This document shows positions 12,301 through 25,459 of a stretch of 64,000 bases of DNA, piece after piece. The stretch is taken from positions 17,069,653 through 17,133,652 of the forward strand of contig JAHRHZ010000031.1 in assembly GCA_024137785.1 (NCBI GenBank), read 5' to 3'. Below the pieces are notes generated by a model. It worked only from the letters and a program-made list of their open reading frames with translations. It searched no databases and was not told the origin of the DNA. Positions within the stretch are counted from its first letter, which is position 1. Every line of letters begins with the position of its first letter. A program made the position numbers and the translations under genes. The stretch is from Ginglymostoma cirratum (Eukaryota).

Positions 12301-15256
12301 GGGTGCATTGCACTGCTGGCCTGTTCTTGCTCCAGCTGAAGGCCCTGATCAGCAAGTGGCATCAGGAGACCCGGTTGGCGTCTGTAGCTCACAGGGTTAC
12401 TAGAGAAACAAGGCCCCAGGCCTGGATGGCAGCTAGCCTCGAGCCTCAAACATGTATTACAGGCGCATCACCCTCTTCCCAGAGGATCAGGCACAAAACC
12501 AATTCCTCCCCTTTATCCTTTCTGTGCAGTTGCTTAGCAACATAATGCTTGTTTCTGTGCAATTCTGTTGGTGCGATCACAAGGTAACCACTCTTTGCAA
12601 TGAGTGCAGAGATTCATGTCAGAATACAGGAATCGGGAACATTTCAGTTGCAAGTTTGCATTTGCACTGCTTTGACATTTGTTAGAAAGCCTATTTGATT
12701 CAATGCCCGATTTCTACAACAGAGCGATTAATTCTGGCCCAGACATAGCTATCATGACCACAGACTGTGTCCCTGAATTTTAAATATCTTAACCTTGAAA
12801 AAAAGATTCCATCCTTTTCCTTATTGTGCTTAGAAGGTTCCAGTCTGTTGGTGAAGTAAAATTCGAAAAGTTTGTGCAGAAATGATGATGAGACCACATT
12901 AATGCCAATATATTCATTCCATTTATCAGCGTAGAATATCTGGTTAGTGACCAGAGGAAAACCGTGGGAGTTCTTACTTTAGTTTCATTCATACTCTAAG
13001 TAATTGAAGTACATGTTTTGTACAGTATTGAATTTTGTTTTGTTGTTGTGGATACCCCTAGGACCCAAATATAAATGATCCACAAATAATTTGTAAATCC
13101 TAAGCCACAGAATATATATGTGTGTAGCTCTGGCAGCTCACCGGAACTTCCCTTTTTAAACAAATTCTCCAAATTCACAGCACGGGGATTAGTGAAGCAA
13201 TCTGCATTCATTGGTATCTTAGCTAGATGAGTTCATGCATAGTGGTGGTGGCATGCAACAGGGAAACTAAAGGCAGTGATTGCCAACAAATCGTTTCGGA
13301 TCTTTTATCATCTCTGTGAGGCTGTTAGTATGCAGACATTTATTATTGTCCTGTAGGCAGTGCGAGACATTTCCTTGGCAGAGCAGGCATCTGGTAAAGT
13401 TCTTGGTTCTCTGGACTAATTAATTAACTGTTGTTTTTCAGGCAAATTGGAACTGCTATTCATTAAAATATATAAAATGGGTATAAAACTTATTAATCAC
13501 CCATATGTTGTCATGACTGACTTTCATGGTAAGATTTGCAGTTTTTGATTACCATGATGATATTTGGAAGATCTTCTCTCCATGTCTTTGCTAGCTTTGG
13601 TATTAACTTACCGTTCTCTTGCAAATCCCTCTCTGTGTTTCTCTTTGAATCCTGCCTTTCCCTTGACAGTGCTGTGTGATTCAACATCTGAAAGTGTGCA
13701 TGACATATTGCCACCTGGCACTGCGACTACAAGCCGTTATGTAAAAGTCTTCAGTCAAAGTGCATCTTTTAAATTGTGATCTTAGTGCGTCAAAACAGTT
13801 ACTGCAATCTGTGGCAACGACAAACTATCTCATCTCAGCAGAGACATAGAGGGGAACAGCAGCCAGGAAACAAATCTAGTGCTTAATTTTTTCAAACTAC
13901 CAAACAGGGGCAAGTGTACACATTGCTCGCACCAGGTTATAGAAGCAAACCCTGGGAAGGAGGGTGGCATAGGTCGTTGGCATTTGTGAGATATTTGTGT
14001 GCAGGAAATATGCTATTTGGGAGTAGTTGTAATCCATCTCAGAAGTTTATTTCTGGCAGAATAGATTATGAAGTAAGATTGAGAGTATAAAGAGTCTTCA
14101 GAGGGTTCATTTTAGTGGCACTTTGGATTTAGATAACTGGATTTTAAAATATTACAAGAATACACTTCTGCCTTGATCTAATTTCTTCGGAGGCAAAGCA
14201 ATTAGTGACCTAAATACATATGTGTTTCTATGGCTCCCGCATAATATTAAATTAATGTTTCATGCGTTCACATAAGAAAAATGATTACTGGACCTGTATT
14301 GAAATTATCTTTGCCTTAGCTAGGACATGTCTGAATACCTAATCGTGTTACCTTGTCATTGACTCACAGCCCACTTCAATCTGCCTGACACAGTCCCTTC
14401 ATACACAATTCTGAGGTGCCCTTGGCAAGGTGAATCCAACTTTCTTGGGCCTACTTTGAAGCAGCTGCTCAAAATTGTGAAGACCAATCATACACTTGAA
14501 TAAATGTCATTGGACTCAGTTGACGACAGCTAAGATGTTGGAGAAGTTCTGTTGTTGTTCATTTGCTTTTGGGGAAAGCGAAGGGATTTGTTATACAAAA
14601 CAGCTCTATTCAATCAAAGAAAGGTAACTTTTTGATGGCTTCCGATGTACATCCGCACAATGTAGAAGCCTTTCTAATTTTCTGCTGTTCTGACAGAGGT
14701 ACATCTTGTAGACATTGAGGTGCCAATAAGATCTAAGTAACTGTAGCAGTCATTGAAGTGCTGAAAAATGTGGCAACTTTAATTCACAGTTTCATCAGGG
14801 TTACTGTTACTGATTTGGTTGCGTTAAAGGTAGGAATCACCTTAACTAAAGAATCTGCAGTCTATTGTAAAGCCCTACCATTCCAAAGACAGCTAGGATC
14901 AATAATTTAACTTGTAGCTTATTAATGGCAATAACTTATTGTTCAAGAAAAGCCCCGCTTTTGTAAACTTTGACCCCATCTTGAGTGCATGCACTTAAGA
15001 TGTAGCAGGTAAACCACAGGAAGTTGATGAATTCCCCGCTGACCTGTGGCAGAATGAGGCCTTGATGGTTATTACTGCGTCAACGTGCCATTAGATAGCA
15101 GCAGTTGTCCACGTTAATGGGAGTGAAATTTGAAGTGTTCCTTTGGGCTCCATAGGAAAGGTTTATCCTTTCCCTATGCTGAGCTACCTATTCAATACCT
15201 CAGGAAGCCAGCAGAGCCTCTGACCCTACTTGACTGAGCACTGACTGATTTTCTTC

Positions 15257-15358
15257 GTCTGATGAAGCATCACTGGACGCTAAACGTGCAGTTTGTTTTC
15301 TTCCCACAGATGCTGCCAGACTTGCTGAGCTTCTCCAGCAATTTCTGTTTTCATTTCA
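15257..15358 (+). mobile_element. Penelope-like terminal fragment
   Basis: tctgatgaag..tcactggac..aaacgt...cacagatgctgccagacttgctgagcttctccagcaatttctgtttt. The same family occurs inverted at 38200 and 50821. Confidence 0.65.
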
Positions 15359-16276
15359 GGCAATACATCACACTGTTTGCTTCAGAGAATGGTGACATAC
15401 CCTTCTCTATACTGATCCTGCGTAGAAATGTATGAGGAATAATCAACTTCCACAGATCGAGTCTGGATACTGGTTACTGGAACTACAAAGCTTATTGATC
15501 CATGCTTCACAAAACTACTATAGATAGAATAAGAAAGTTGTAGCTACTTAAGGTTTCATTTCAACCTGCACCTCTACGCATGGGCCATCTTCTCTACTGA
15601 AATTCTGCACGTTTCTTGCATACTGTAAACATTATTGCACAGTAAAACTAGTAACTTAAATTTTCTTCATTGGATTTTCATCTCTATTCTTGCAAGTTTA
15701 AAGTTAGTTGTTACATTTTCAGTTACTGAATACTGCTTGGCATTTTTACCTAGGGGGAGCCAAGTATGTAGTGGAGAGTGGGATGTTGGTTGAATGGACA
15801 GATTGATGACTGGAAAGCATGAATGTTTTTTACCCCTCACATCTCAATCTATTTCAACTAAATTCAACTCAAATCTTTAACTATGGGATGACCCACATCT
15901 TATTTTTGTGCATTGCTGTATAATGTACTGAGAAAACCTCAATATATGCAATTCTTAGTACTGTGTGATCTACAACACAAAGCGCAGAAAGGATTGAAAA
16001 TTTTGCACGACTTTCATTTAATAATGCTTATATAAATGATACTTATTCTTTCAGGAGAAAGTATGCAATGCAGATTACTTAGAAGTCAGAGCCATTTAAA
16101 ATGGCTTCAAAAATCAATGAGAATATTCTTGTTTAATATATCAATATTGTTAGTCGAGCATTTGTGATTAACTTGTATTGTTCTTTCAGATGTTCATTCT
16201 TATTTTGTTTCTCATATTTTATAAGATATTTGTGTTTATTTGGTTCTAATATATCATTGCCCTGTTTTATTTGTAG

Positions 16277-16339
16277 TTTCACAGCACTCGTTCATCCTCC
16301 CCTACTGAATGTTGCCAAATGACCCCCTGGAGTAAAAAG
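16277..16339 (+). CDS. NHS: NHS 63-nt symmetric (phase 0-0) exon, equivalent to human alternative exon 3a
   Basis: Acceptor ctgttttatttgtag and donor AAG|gtactg. It encodes FHSTRSSSPTECCQMTPWSKK versus human FNSTRSPSPTECCHMTPWSRK (recalled). It is not in the ORF track. Confidence 0.93.
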
Positions 16340-17179
16340 GTACTGGACTCCACCTTAAGCCTTAGCCTTGCTGTCTGCCAGTCCTTACTCTGTGGCTTAT
16401 GGTGCTTTCCTGAACTTTATAACACCATTCTATATTCTTCACTAACATTTTCTGGACATATTTTTCAATACTGTGCTGTTATTTGAAATGTATATTAAAT
16501 GGGCACATCAGCATTGCATTTTAACCTAAGATTTCTAATTCAAACTTACACTGAAAACCAGAAAATACTATTAATGATATTAGCAGACAAAGCATTAATG
16601 TATTGGCATGACATTCCTCTTTTCCTAATGCTGACATTTGTTTTGCATGCTTTAAGGCTTCTGCTCAAGTCAAGAATAGTTATTGTTAAGCATTCATCCG
16701 CTGAATCAACATACAATCATTTCTAGGATTTAAAGTGATATTGATGTTACAAGAGAATAATATAAAGCAGACTTATGTACATAAGAAATTTTAGCATGCA
16801 TGCATTTATGTATTGACAATACAATGGCCTATATTTTTCTGCATTGTGCAGCGTTCTTTGTGAGGAAGATGCAATGTGTAAGCTAGTGAGGCGTTCTGAA
16901 AAGTTGTGTACACAACTTTGCAATGTATCTTCAACCCTTGAAAATAAATGACGGTGGGACTAAGTAATGAAAAGCAGCAATGATAAACTGTGCTGGTTAG
17001 GACATGCTGATGTATTGATAACATCAGGAATGTACCTGTTGAAGGGTTTTGTACCAAAGCAGCTACTGCTTTTTGCCACAGCGAGGACAATGCAAAGAAT
17101 GAGATGTTTTAACCTATTTAGATCTGCCATTCGTTTGTGAATAGATTTAAATTTGGATATAGGTTTAGATACTATTGTC

Positions 17180-17560
17180 ATGAGTGCTGAAGTACAGGAG
17201 TACAGTGAAAAGTGTATAATGTCTCCACACACAATGCCATCTTAGGTACAAAGGTGACTAAGTACAAAAATACTTAGGCACAAAGTAGTAAAAGTGACAA
17301 AATTAAAAAGCTAAGCATTACCTTCATAAAATAAGTAAAAAAGAAGGTAACAGTTACCATTAGAGTCCTTCTTAATATAAACTAGAAAAATAAAGGAATA
17401 AGGTTAAACAATTGGCAGTCTTTGATGAGTCCTCCACTTAGCTCACTTTCTGGGAGACCTCAGCTGCCTGTTCTCGATGCCGCTGCCACAGATACTGGGG
17501 GACTTACCTCACTGCTCACTCTTCCCACGATGCCATCGCTGCGGCCTCCTCAATCTTCTC
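17180..17560 (-). mobile_element. Short retroposon with Rex1-like 3' end (same family as 53560-53712)
   Basis: gtacaggagtacagtgaaaagtgtataatgtc..gccatcttaggtacaaag is the reverse complement of ctttgtacctaaggtgacacc..gacattgtatgctt..ctcctgtac at ~53620-53680. Confidence 0.55.
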
Positions 17561-17569
17561 ATTGGATTG

Positions 17570-17910
17570 TAGAATCCCTATAGTGCGGAAACAGGCCATT
17601 CGCCCCATTGAGTCCACACCGACCCTCTGAAGAGATTCCCACCCAGACCCCCTCCCCATCCATGTAACGCTCCATTTCCCATAACTAATACATCTGGCCT
17701 GCACATCCCTGGACACTGTGGGCAATTTAGCACGGCCAGTCCAACCAGCCTGCACATCTTTGGACTGTGGGAGGAAACCAGAGCACCCGGAGGAAGCCCA
17801 TACAGACACGGGGAGAATGTGCAGACTCTACACAGACAGTCGCTCAAGGTTGAAATCAAATCCCAGTCCGTGGTGCTCTGAAGCAGTAGTGCTAACCACT
17901 GAGCCACCAT
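17570..17910 (-). mobile_element. HE1-like V-SINE, near full length
   Basis: The rc has a tRNA-like head atggtggctcagtggttagcactactgc, the V-SINE core and a CR1-like tail gggcgaatggcctgtttccgcactatagggattct. Confidence 0.9.
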
Positions 17911-18299
17911 TCCAACTCAGAGTTTCTGCTGATTTTTGTAATCTCCTCAGAAGTCAGATTCTCTTCCTTTAGGAGTCGCACTGTAAAACCAAGCTATCTT
18001 TTACTTAAGTTAATTCTTTAATATCTTTCAGGTGGCCAAATGCACAGGTTTCTAAGAGTTGTGTTAATGCAGTTACCTATCTATCAATAGGTTCTTTTTA
18101 CGTAAGCTCTAATATTGAAGTTACATCATTCATAAGTTACATTCAAAGCATACCTTAAAGAATTTCAAACTTTTGCAGTCTGTTTTTCTGTTCTTCATAG
18201 AGATCGAGAGTGGATTATACTCGAAACACTCTTTTCCAACATTGAGAAGAATATATTTACTCAGCTGGTCTAACTTTTAGTTAACTCGGGTGCAATTTG

Positions 18300-18670
18300 A
18301 GAATTTAGCAACAGTTGAGGAGTCAAGAGACATGGTGAGGTAGGGCTGTGCAGTCAGGGTACATATAAAATGAACACTGTTAGATAAGAAATGGAGTTAC
18401 CCAAGGATTTATCACACCAGAGGTAAGGTGTAGGAGCAAGAAGAGAATACATTGACAGTCTACTCTGGCTATGAATAGATAGATAAGAATAGAATGAAGT
18501 GAGTGCAGTCACGCCTAGCTGGACAACGGTTAAGAGACTTTGGAATAAGATGGTGTCATTAATCATGTCAAAGGTTGCAACCAGGTCAAGAATGAAGTGG
18601 AAGAGTTGCTTAACTTTGTCAAAGCCAAGTAATATGGCATTTGGGCATTTGATAGGAAATGTTTAGTTCA
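18300..18670 (-). mobile_element. L2 LINE reverse transcriptase fragment
   Basis: The rc encodes ILDLVATFDMINDTILFQSLLTVVQLGVTALTSFYSYLSIHSQ, resembling L2 LLDLSAAFDTVDHTILL..L.GTAL.WF.SYLS.RSQ. Confidence 0.75.
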
Positions 18671-18714
18671 GTAGCAGGGGTAAGAAAGAGTGAGCTTTAA
18701 TATACATGCTAATC

Positions 18715-19915
18715 TCTTATATGGGACATTATCAAAAGTCTTTGAAACCACATCCACTCGTTCCCCCTTATCAACTCTACTAGTTACATCTTCCAGAAAT
18801 TCCAGTAGATTTGTCAAGCATGATTTCTCTTTAATGAATCCATGCTAACTCTGTCCAATCCTGTCACTGTTTTCCAAGGACTGTGCTATTAAATCTTTGA
18901 TAAAGGACTCTAGCATTTTCCCTACTTCTGACATCAAGCTAACCAGTCTGTCATTCCCTGTTTGCTCTCAGCCTGCTTTTTTAAATGGTGGGGTTACGTT
19001 AGCAATCCATAAGAACTGTTCCACAGTCTATAGAATTTGTAGAGATGACCACCAATGCATCCACTATTTCTAGGGCCACTTCCTTAAGAACTCTGCAGTG
19101 TAGATTATTGGGCTGTGGGAGTTTATCAGCCTTTAAACTCATCAATTTCCCCAGCACCATTTCCCTACTAATACTGATTTCCTTCATTTCTTCTCTCTTG
19201 ATAGACCATGTGTTCCTAACACTTTGGAACAGAATTTATGCCTCTTTTGTTAAGACAGAATCAAAATATGTACTTCGTTGGCCTTTTGTTACTCATTATA
19301 GCCTCCCCTTTTTCTCATTGTAAAGGACCTACATTTGTCTTCGCTCATATTTTTCTTTTCACATACCTATAGAAGCTTTTACAATCAGTTTGTATGTTCC
19401 CCACTAGCTTACTCTCATAATCTGTTTTTCCCTTTTTAATCAATCCCTTTGTCCTCCTTTGCTGAAAACTTAACTGCTCCCAATCCTCACGTCTGCTGGT
19501 CTTTTTGGACAATTTGTATATCCCTTCCTTTGATCAAATACTATGCTTAATTTCCAATGTTAACCATGGTTGGGCCATGTTTTATTTTTGTGCTAGACAA
19601 AAATGAACAATTGTTTCAATTCCTCCTTGCACTCTTTAAATGTTTGCGATTGCCTGTCTACTGTAACCCCATTAAATAACACCTCCCAGTTTATCATACC
19701 AGCTCACGCCTCGTACTATCATAGTTTCCTCTATTTAGTTTCAGGAGTTCAGTCTTAGAATCAATGATGTCCCTCTCCGCGTTAATGAAGAATTTTATCA
19801 TATTACGGCCATTTTCCCCTAGGGACCTTGCACAGCGAAATTGCCAGTTATTCCTTTCTCATCACACAATATCTGGTTGAGGATGGCCTGTCATCTATTT
19901 GGTTCCTCAATGTAC
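18715..19915 (-). mobile_element. CR1 LINE ORF2 fragment (endonuclease-RT linker and RT N-terminal part)
   Basis: The rc encodes ISISREMVLGKLMSLKADKLPQPNNLHCRVLKEVALEIVDALVVI and further RT-like segments with stops. Confidence 0.85.
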
Positions 19916-20029
19916 TGATCCAGTGGCTAGAATGGTAGCAGTTAAAGAAGACAGCGCACACCACCTCCCAATGGGCAAATGGGGCATCAAATGCTGGCCT
20001 AGGCAGTGAAAGGTCTGTAAAACCAACAA

Positions 20030-20770
20030 GATGTCAGGGCAGACGCAGACCATTTGGCCCATCAAGACAGCTACAACATTCAATGAGACCGTGGCTGATC
20101 TGATAATCCTCAGCTTCACTTTCCTCAAATCCCTTACTGATTAATAACCTGTGTATCTCAGCCTTGAATAAACTTTATGGCCCAATCTCTACCACTAACA
20201 GCCCCCTTCCCACACTAAAGAATTCCAGAGATTGACTACCCATTGAGAGAAAAGGATTTCTCCTCATCTCTGTCTTAAATGTTGACACCTTACTTTGAGA
20301 CTTTACCCTGTGGTCCTAGACTCTCCCACAATCGAGAAAAATCTCACTACATTCAGACTGTCAATCCCTAAGAATCTCATATGTTTCAAAAAATCTCCTC
20401 TCAGTCTTTTAAATTCCAACGAGTACAGGCTCAACCTACATAACCTTTCCTCATAGGAAAATCCCTCCATACCTGGAATCAACCTAGTGAACATTTTCTG
20501 TATTATCTTCATTGCTAGTATAACTTCCATTAGACAAGGGGACCAAAATTGTATAGTTTTAGCAAAAACACCCTATTTTTAATATTCCATTCCCTTTGAA
20601 AGAAAAGCCAACTTTCCATATGCCTTCCCTATTACACGCTGAATTTTTGTGCTCAAGGGCCCTAAATCCTTCTGTGCCGCAGGTTTTTGTAGTCTTTCTC
20701 CATTTAAATAATATTAAGCTCTTCTTTTCTTCTGGAAAAAAAGTGTATTGTTTTACATTTTTTCACATAG
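20030..20770 (-). mobile_element. CR1 LINE 3' fragment
   Basis: The rc encodes IQKMFTRLIPGMEGFSYEERLCRLSLYSLEFKRLRGD, followed by the CR1 3' UTR. Confidence 0.85.
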
Positions 20771-21008
20771 GATTTGGGCAGCTGTTAGAATACAATGATA
20801 AATAATAAAAGAAACGAAAAGCCAGCAGAAATGTCTTTCTTCAGCCACAATAAAGATCATCCCCTTTCTGAGAAGGTGGAATTAGTATATTAAATTGGCC
20901 AGACATACTGCCCAGTGAATTTTCCTTTAAAACAAATATTATTAAAGGAAAAGAAAACTATACAAATTTTGATTCCTCAGTCCTGGTCAGTTAATTACAA
21001 AGCATAAC

Positions 21009-21257
21009 TGTAGTGACTGTAATGAAGTAAGCCAGATGGAATATGAGTTATATAGCGTTATAGAATTTGAGTTCCCTGATTGGGGCTATTAATCTGGTCC
21101 AACCAGGGAGCTCTGGCTGAAAGATATAAACAGGAGGTTCTGTTCACTCTGGGAGCTGGATCAAAGGAAGCTGGATGAGTGGCAAGGACTTTCCACATGT
21201 AAACGAGGAGTGACTTGGTGATGGGATATCGGCCTCCCTGGAGGCCTCCCTATTTCA
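21009..21257 (+). mobile_element. Solo LTR (probably Gypsy-type)
   Basis: Begins TGTAGT and ends TTTCA. It contains an internal inverted repeat tccctgattgg...ccaaccaggga, a TATA-like gatataaa and a decayed polyA region. No clear TSD. Confidence 0.6.
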
Positions 21258-21469
21258 AAAATGGCAGTAATATAAATCAGAATTGGTTTGAAATCATTTT
21301 GAGTTTGTACACTGCTGATATTATTAAAGAACCCCTCAAAATGTTCATATAATAGACTTCTCTGTACACTGTCCTGCATTTTAAATGAATTTGATTACTA
21401 CTGAAAAAGTGAGCTGAACAATGCTGTAAAATTGGACTAATATGTTCATAGGGATCACAAGGTCTAACT

Positions 21470-21925
21470 CTGGGGCCGTGTAATCAAATTCTGAACCCAT
21501 GTGATCATGTACTGGGACCATACAGTCCAATACTGGCATTGTGTGATCTGATACTGGCACCATGCAGTCTAATACTGGCATTGTTTGACGTAATACTAGG
21601 ACCAAGCAGTCAATACTGGCATTGTGTGATCTGATACTGGCGCCATGCAGTCTAATACTGGGACTATGCAATCTAATACTGAGACTGTGTGATCTAATGC
21701 TGGGACCATGCAGTCTAATATTGGGACCATGGAGTCTAATGAGACTGTGTTTTCTAATACCAGGACCATGCAGTCTAGTACTGGGACTGTGTGATCTAAT
21801 ACTGGGATCATGCAGTTTAATACTGGGACATTACGATCTAATACTGGGACCATTAAGATTAATACTGGGATTGTGTGATCTAATACTGGGACCATGCACT
21901 CTAACACTGGGATTGTATGATCTCA
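21470..21925. repeat. 21-bp minisatellite with alternating variants (42-bp higher-order structure)
   Basis: Units taatactgggaccatgcagtc and taatactgggactgtgtgatc largely alternate, about 20 monomers. This explains the 7-aa repeat ORFs. Confidence 0.92.
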
Positions 21926-22099
21926 ATGGAGGTTCTCTGCTACATCGTAGACTCAGTGTGTGTGCTCTGTATGTCCTCTCATTAATTCAGTTGGGAAAAG
22001 GACAGGAACTGGACCTTTTAATTCACACCATTCCCAGATTCAAACCATGTTTTCTGCCTAATTGATAGATTGATTGATTTAAGGGAATTGCGACTTGCT

Positions 22100-22900
22100 A
22101 CCACATCACCACAGTCCCCAAGGCCCATCCACACGGAACCATCAGGATAAAGTTTGGTGTACTCCCAGACCCCAAGGCTTCAAGGTAACAAAAAATTCAG
22201 TGTCATCAGCTCCTGACAGTATCTGAGGAACGTAGCAATTTTATCAGTCATGTTACAGCACAGTCTTACTCACAATTTCATCACCAGCACAGTGTAAGAA
22301 ATCAATCAATGATCACACACATGTCAATAATACAGTGCCAGGAGGCAATCAACAATCACACTTGTGGCTTGGCAGGGAACGCTTTCCATTTTGACAGCTG
22401 CTATACACACAGATGGGTGTGAATACTGGCCAAGTGTTATGTTACATCATTTTCCTTCGCGATGAATTCTGCACTGATCTTGAGACATATCAGGAGAAAG
22501 ACAGAACTGAGCTTCATGTTTGGAGTAACGAGTTTTAGCAGTCCAAACATGCATCCTTTTGCAAAGGCCTACAATGATGCCGTCACCTGGCACAAAGGTA
22601 AAGCACATTTTTGAACGCCATTATCTGGACTATAACATGATATTGCCATGTCAGTAGGAGCTCAGTGGTGGGATATTCTAGACTGCTCCACACTGCACAA
22701 TATTCGCATTAAAAAACATCACTGGTGACTGCCAAGAACAGCTGCAGGAAGGCTGCTCCCAGAAAGAGGATGAAAGAGAATATGAATCCCCTGCAGCACA
22801 CCAGCCAGCAACCAAAGCTGAACAGATGTCATGGGTATCAAGCAACATGTTCTGCTCTTAATGCCTGCACACTCCACTTTGTGCAAGTCAGATAGCGTAT
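22100..22900 (-). mobile_element. Possible decayed PIF/Harbinger transposase
   Basis: The rc around 22240-22345 gives WHC II..CVCDH and then HD....LR, resembling the DDE_Tnp_4 core KGWHSI..QxVCDH...GSxHDxxVLR. Many indels. Confidence 0.4.
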
Positions 22901-23387
22901 TGGGCTTTGAACACCACAAGTGAGAACTACAATTCCCATTCTTAGGATGCTGGGTTCAGTGTTGCTTTTGCTTCTGTTATTTTTTCCCAGATAATAATGT
23001 TACGATTCTTGCTATAAACTTAAGGGGGTTTCAGCATTTTCCTGTAATAATGTACAGTCCATATGTAAAATGCCATGTGTTGCTCCATGCACTTTATAAA
23101 GGAAATGTACCAAGTTCTTTTTCCTGTTTGGATCTGAAGCAGGTGTGAGAGTTCATATATTCATACTGCAACGAGGATCAGCCTAACTAGTTTCATCAGT
23201 GGGAGTATGCATGTTCTGTCCGGATACTTCGGATCCCAAAACCTGTGCTGGCAAGTGACTGGCAGTGAAGAGACAACAAGCACTAGTTCTCTACACTCCT
23301 CCAATTTTGGCCTCAAGCTCATGCTGCATTGAGTCTTCACTCTGCCAATGGTAGCCGTGCCTCGAGCTGCCTAAGCTTAGGAATTCC

Positions 23388-23646
23388 CTGTCTGTATGGA
23401 GTTTGCACGCTCATACGGTGCCTGTGTGGGTTTCCTCTGGGTTTCCTTCCATAGCCCAGAGATGTGCAGGTTCAGTGGATTGGCCATGCTAAATTGCACA
23501 TAGGGTCAGGGACGTGCAGGCTGGGTGGATTGGCCATGGGAAATGTAGGGGATTAGATAGGGTGCTGAGTGTGGGTGGGATGCTCTTCAGAGGGTTGGTG
23601 CAGACTAGCTGGGTCGAGTGGCCTCTTTCTGCACCATAGAGATTCT
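23388..23646 (+). mobile_element. 5'-truncated HE1-like V-SINE
   Basis: ctgtctgtatggagtttgcacg...gatgtgcaggttcagtggattggccatgctaaattgc...tggcctctttctgcaccatagagattct. Confidence 0.85.
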
Positions 23647-24849
23647 GATGAGCTCTTCTTTGTCATTTAAATGCTGGCATGATAGTTTGAACGATCTTCT
23701 TTTGTGTTCTAATATTTTACAAAGGTAATATTAATAGAAGTACTCAAGTCGGTTGCTTCCACACTTCACACGATTTTACACACCTGAGGCCCAAAAGGAG
23801 AGTAAGTTTAGATGGATGTAACTTGGGAACCTGCCTCAAACCCACCCATTTCCCAGTCAGCAACTTAAGCTAATTCTCACCAATAGAAATAGGTTGTGCT
23901 GGGTTACTGCATTGGCATTGCTTTGTTTTCTTATTGGATAAAAAATGCATATGCCTCAGAGGGATCACTTGCCTAATTCCAGTTTCATGCAAATTCCCAA
24001 TTTGAAATTTTTGACCCCTTTTGGTTTTATGACAGGCAAGGCATACTGTCCGTGGCAGTATTTCTAAAGCTGCCCATTTTGTTGTGGTAAGTAATGGCAT
24101 CTTCCAGATTAAAGAAGTAACAAGAGTATATTTACAATAATTACATTTGCAAATTCAGACAGTAGGCATTTAAATTTCACAACTTCTGCTCTGAAAGTTA
24201 CATTGTTTCCTTCCTTTTATATCTATATCCATTGAGTTGTTTAACAGACTTCAAAGAAGACTATTACTGCCTGGAAACAACTCAGTCAATCAGCATCTCT
24301 GCTTGGAATTTTCAACTCACTTATTTATGATTGTCATGGCCTTTGCACATTTGCACGCAAATAGTTCAATAATCTTTTGGAAGATCTCAATCTTTTGGCT
24401 TTCTGTTTCCCCATCTGCACAATCATCTGATTTCTGAACTCAAGATTGTTATTTTGTTGCAGATCCCTCCAAGGTGCTTGCTTTACACAATCACTAATTC
24501 TGGAGGAAACATCCTAAAATGCTTTCATTGTTACCTTAGATCTTCAACAACTTTCCTTCTGCATTCAGTGGTAAAAATGGAGCTTTGCTAAAAAAAAATG
24601 ATGAGGTAAATTCTCTTGCTGGATCTTGTTTATGATATTGAAGATGAGAAGAAGTAGAGCCACAATTTGAACGTATGAAACAGGAAATTCTTGATGGATA
24701 GTATGTTGTATACAATAAACTGGCTTTCTGACCATTTGCTAGCACCATTACTGCAATGAAATTCCTCCAGAATGATTAAGCTCGTAATCTTTCATGCCTT
24801 GTTTAGTTTTCAGTTGGTTTCTTTAGTATTCAGAAAGAATGTTGTGACA

Positions 24850-25015
24850 TGGAACAATAGAAAATAGGAGTCCATTTGGCCCATCAAGCCCACACCACTA
24901 TTCGACATGATCCTGGCTGACCCTGGATCTCAACACCACTCTCTCCCCACACCCCTTCACACCTTTAGCCTCTAGAAGTCTATATTCAGCAAGTTGGCCT
25001 CCACAACCTTCTTGG
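24850..25015 (-). mobile_element. CR1 3' tail fragment
   Basis: gaaaataggag..ccatttggcccatcaagcc..accactattcgacatgatcctggctga is the rc of the CR1 3' UTR stem-loop region. Confidence 0.7.
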
Positions 25016-25459
25016 TAGGATCAGAGAGGAATACAGTCACTTAGGGGGTACTGTCATAGTCAGTCAAGGGGCTCATCTGATTTCAGTGCAGGGCATTGGT
25101 TGTGATCAGTCCTGTAGATGAGGTTTAACCAGTTTGGGGGTAGTGCTGAGCCAGTTTTACCTGTGATGGGACAAACAGAGGAACTGAGTATGATAACAGT
25201 GGATGCAAGAGTACTTAGCGGGGTGAAGCAGGAGCAAGTGAGGTGGTGAGCTTTCTTCAGTCATTGACTAGGAGGCACAGGGCAGAGAGGATTAGTAGTT
25301 TGGGATGATGGGGTGGCTGAGAGCTGTTGAGTGGGCATTACAGATGCAATAATGAGAGTCATAGTCCATGAGTCTTAGTGAGAGGAGTGTGCATTGGCAG
25401 AGTTAGCATGAGTGGTTGTGCTCTGAATGTGAGGTAGCAGAGAGAAGATGGTGGAGTGG

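Noticed and set aside
13357-13393. Possible extra micro-exon (ctgtag|...ctg|gtaaag)
   Set aside because: At 37 nt in a phase-0 intron it would frameshift NHS, and it shows no similarity to NHS peptides. It could only be a poison exon, and nothing supports that.
21381-22065. 7-aa repeat ORFs (VPVLDCM / LILGPCS)
   Set aside because: They are translations of the 21-bp minisatellite.
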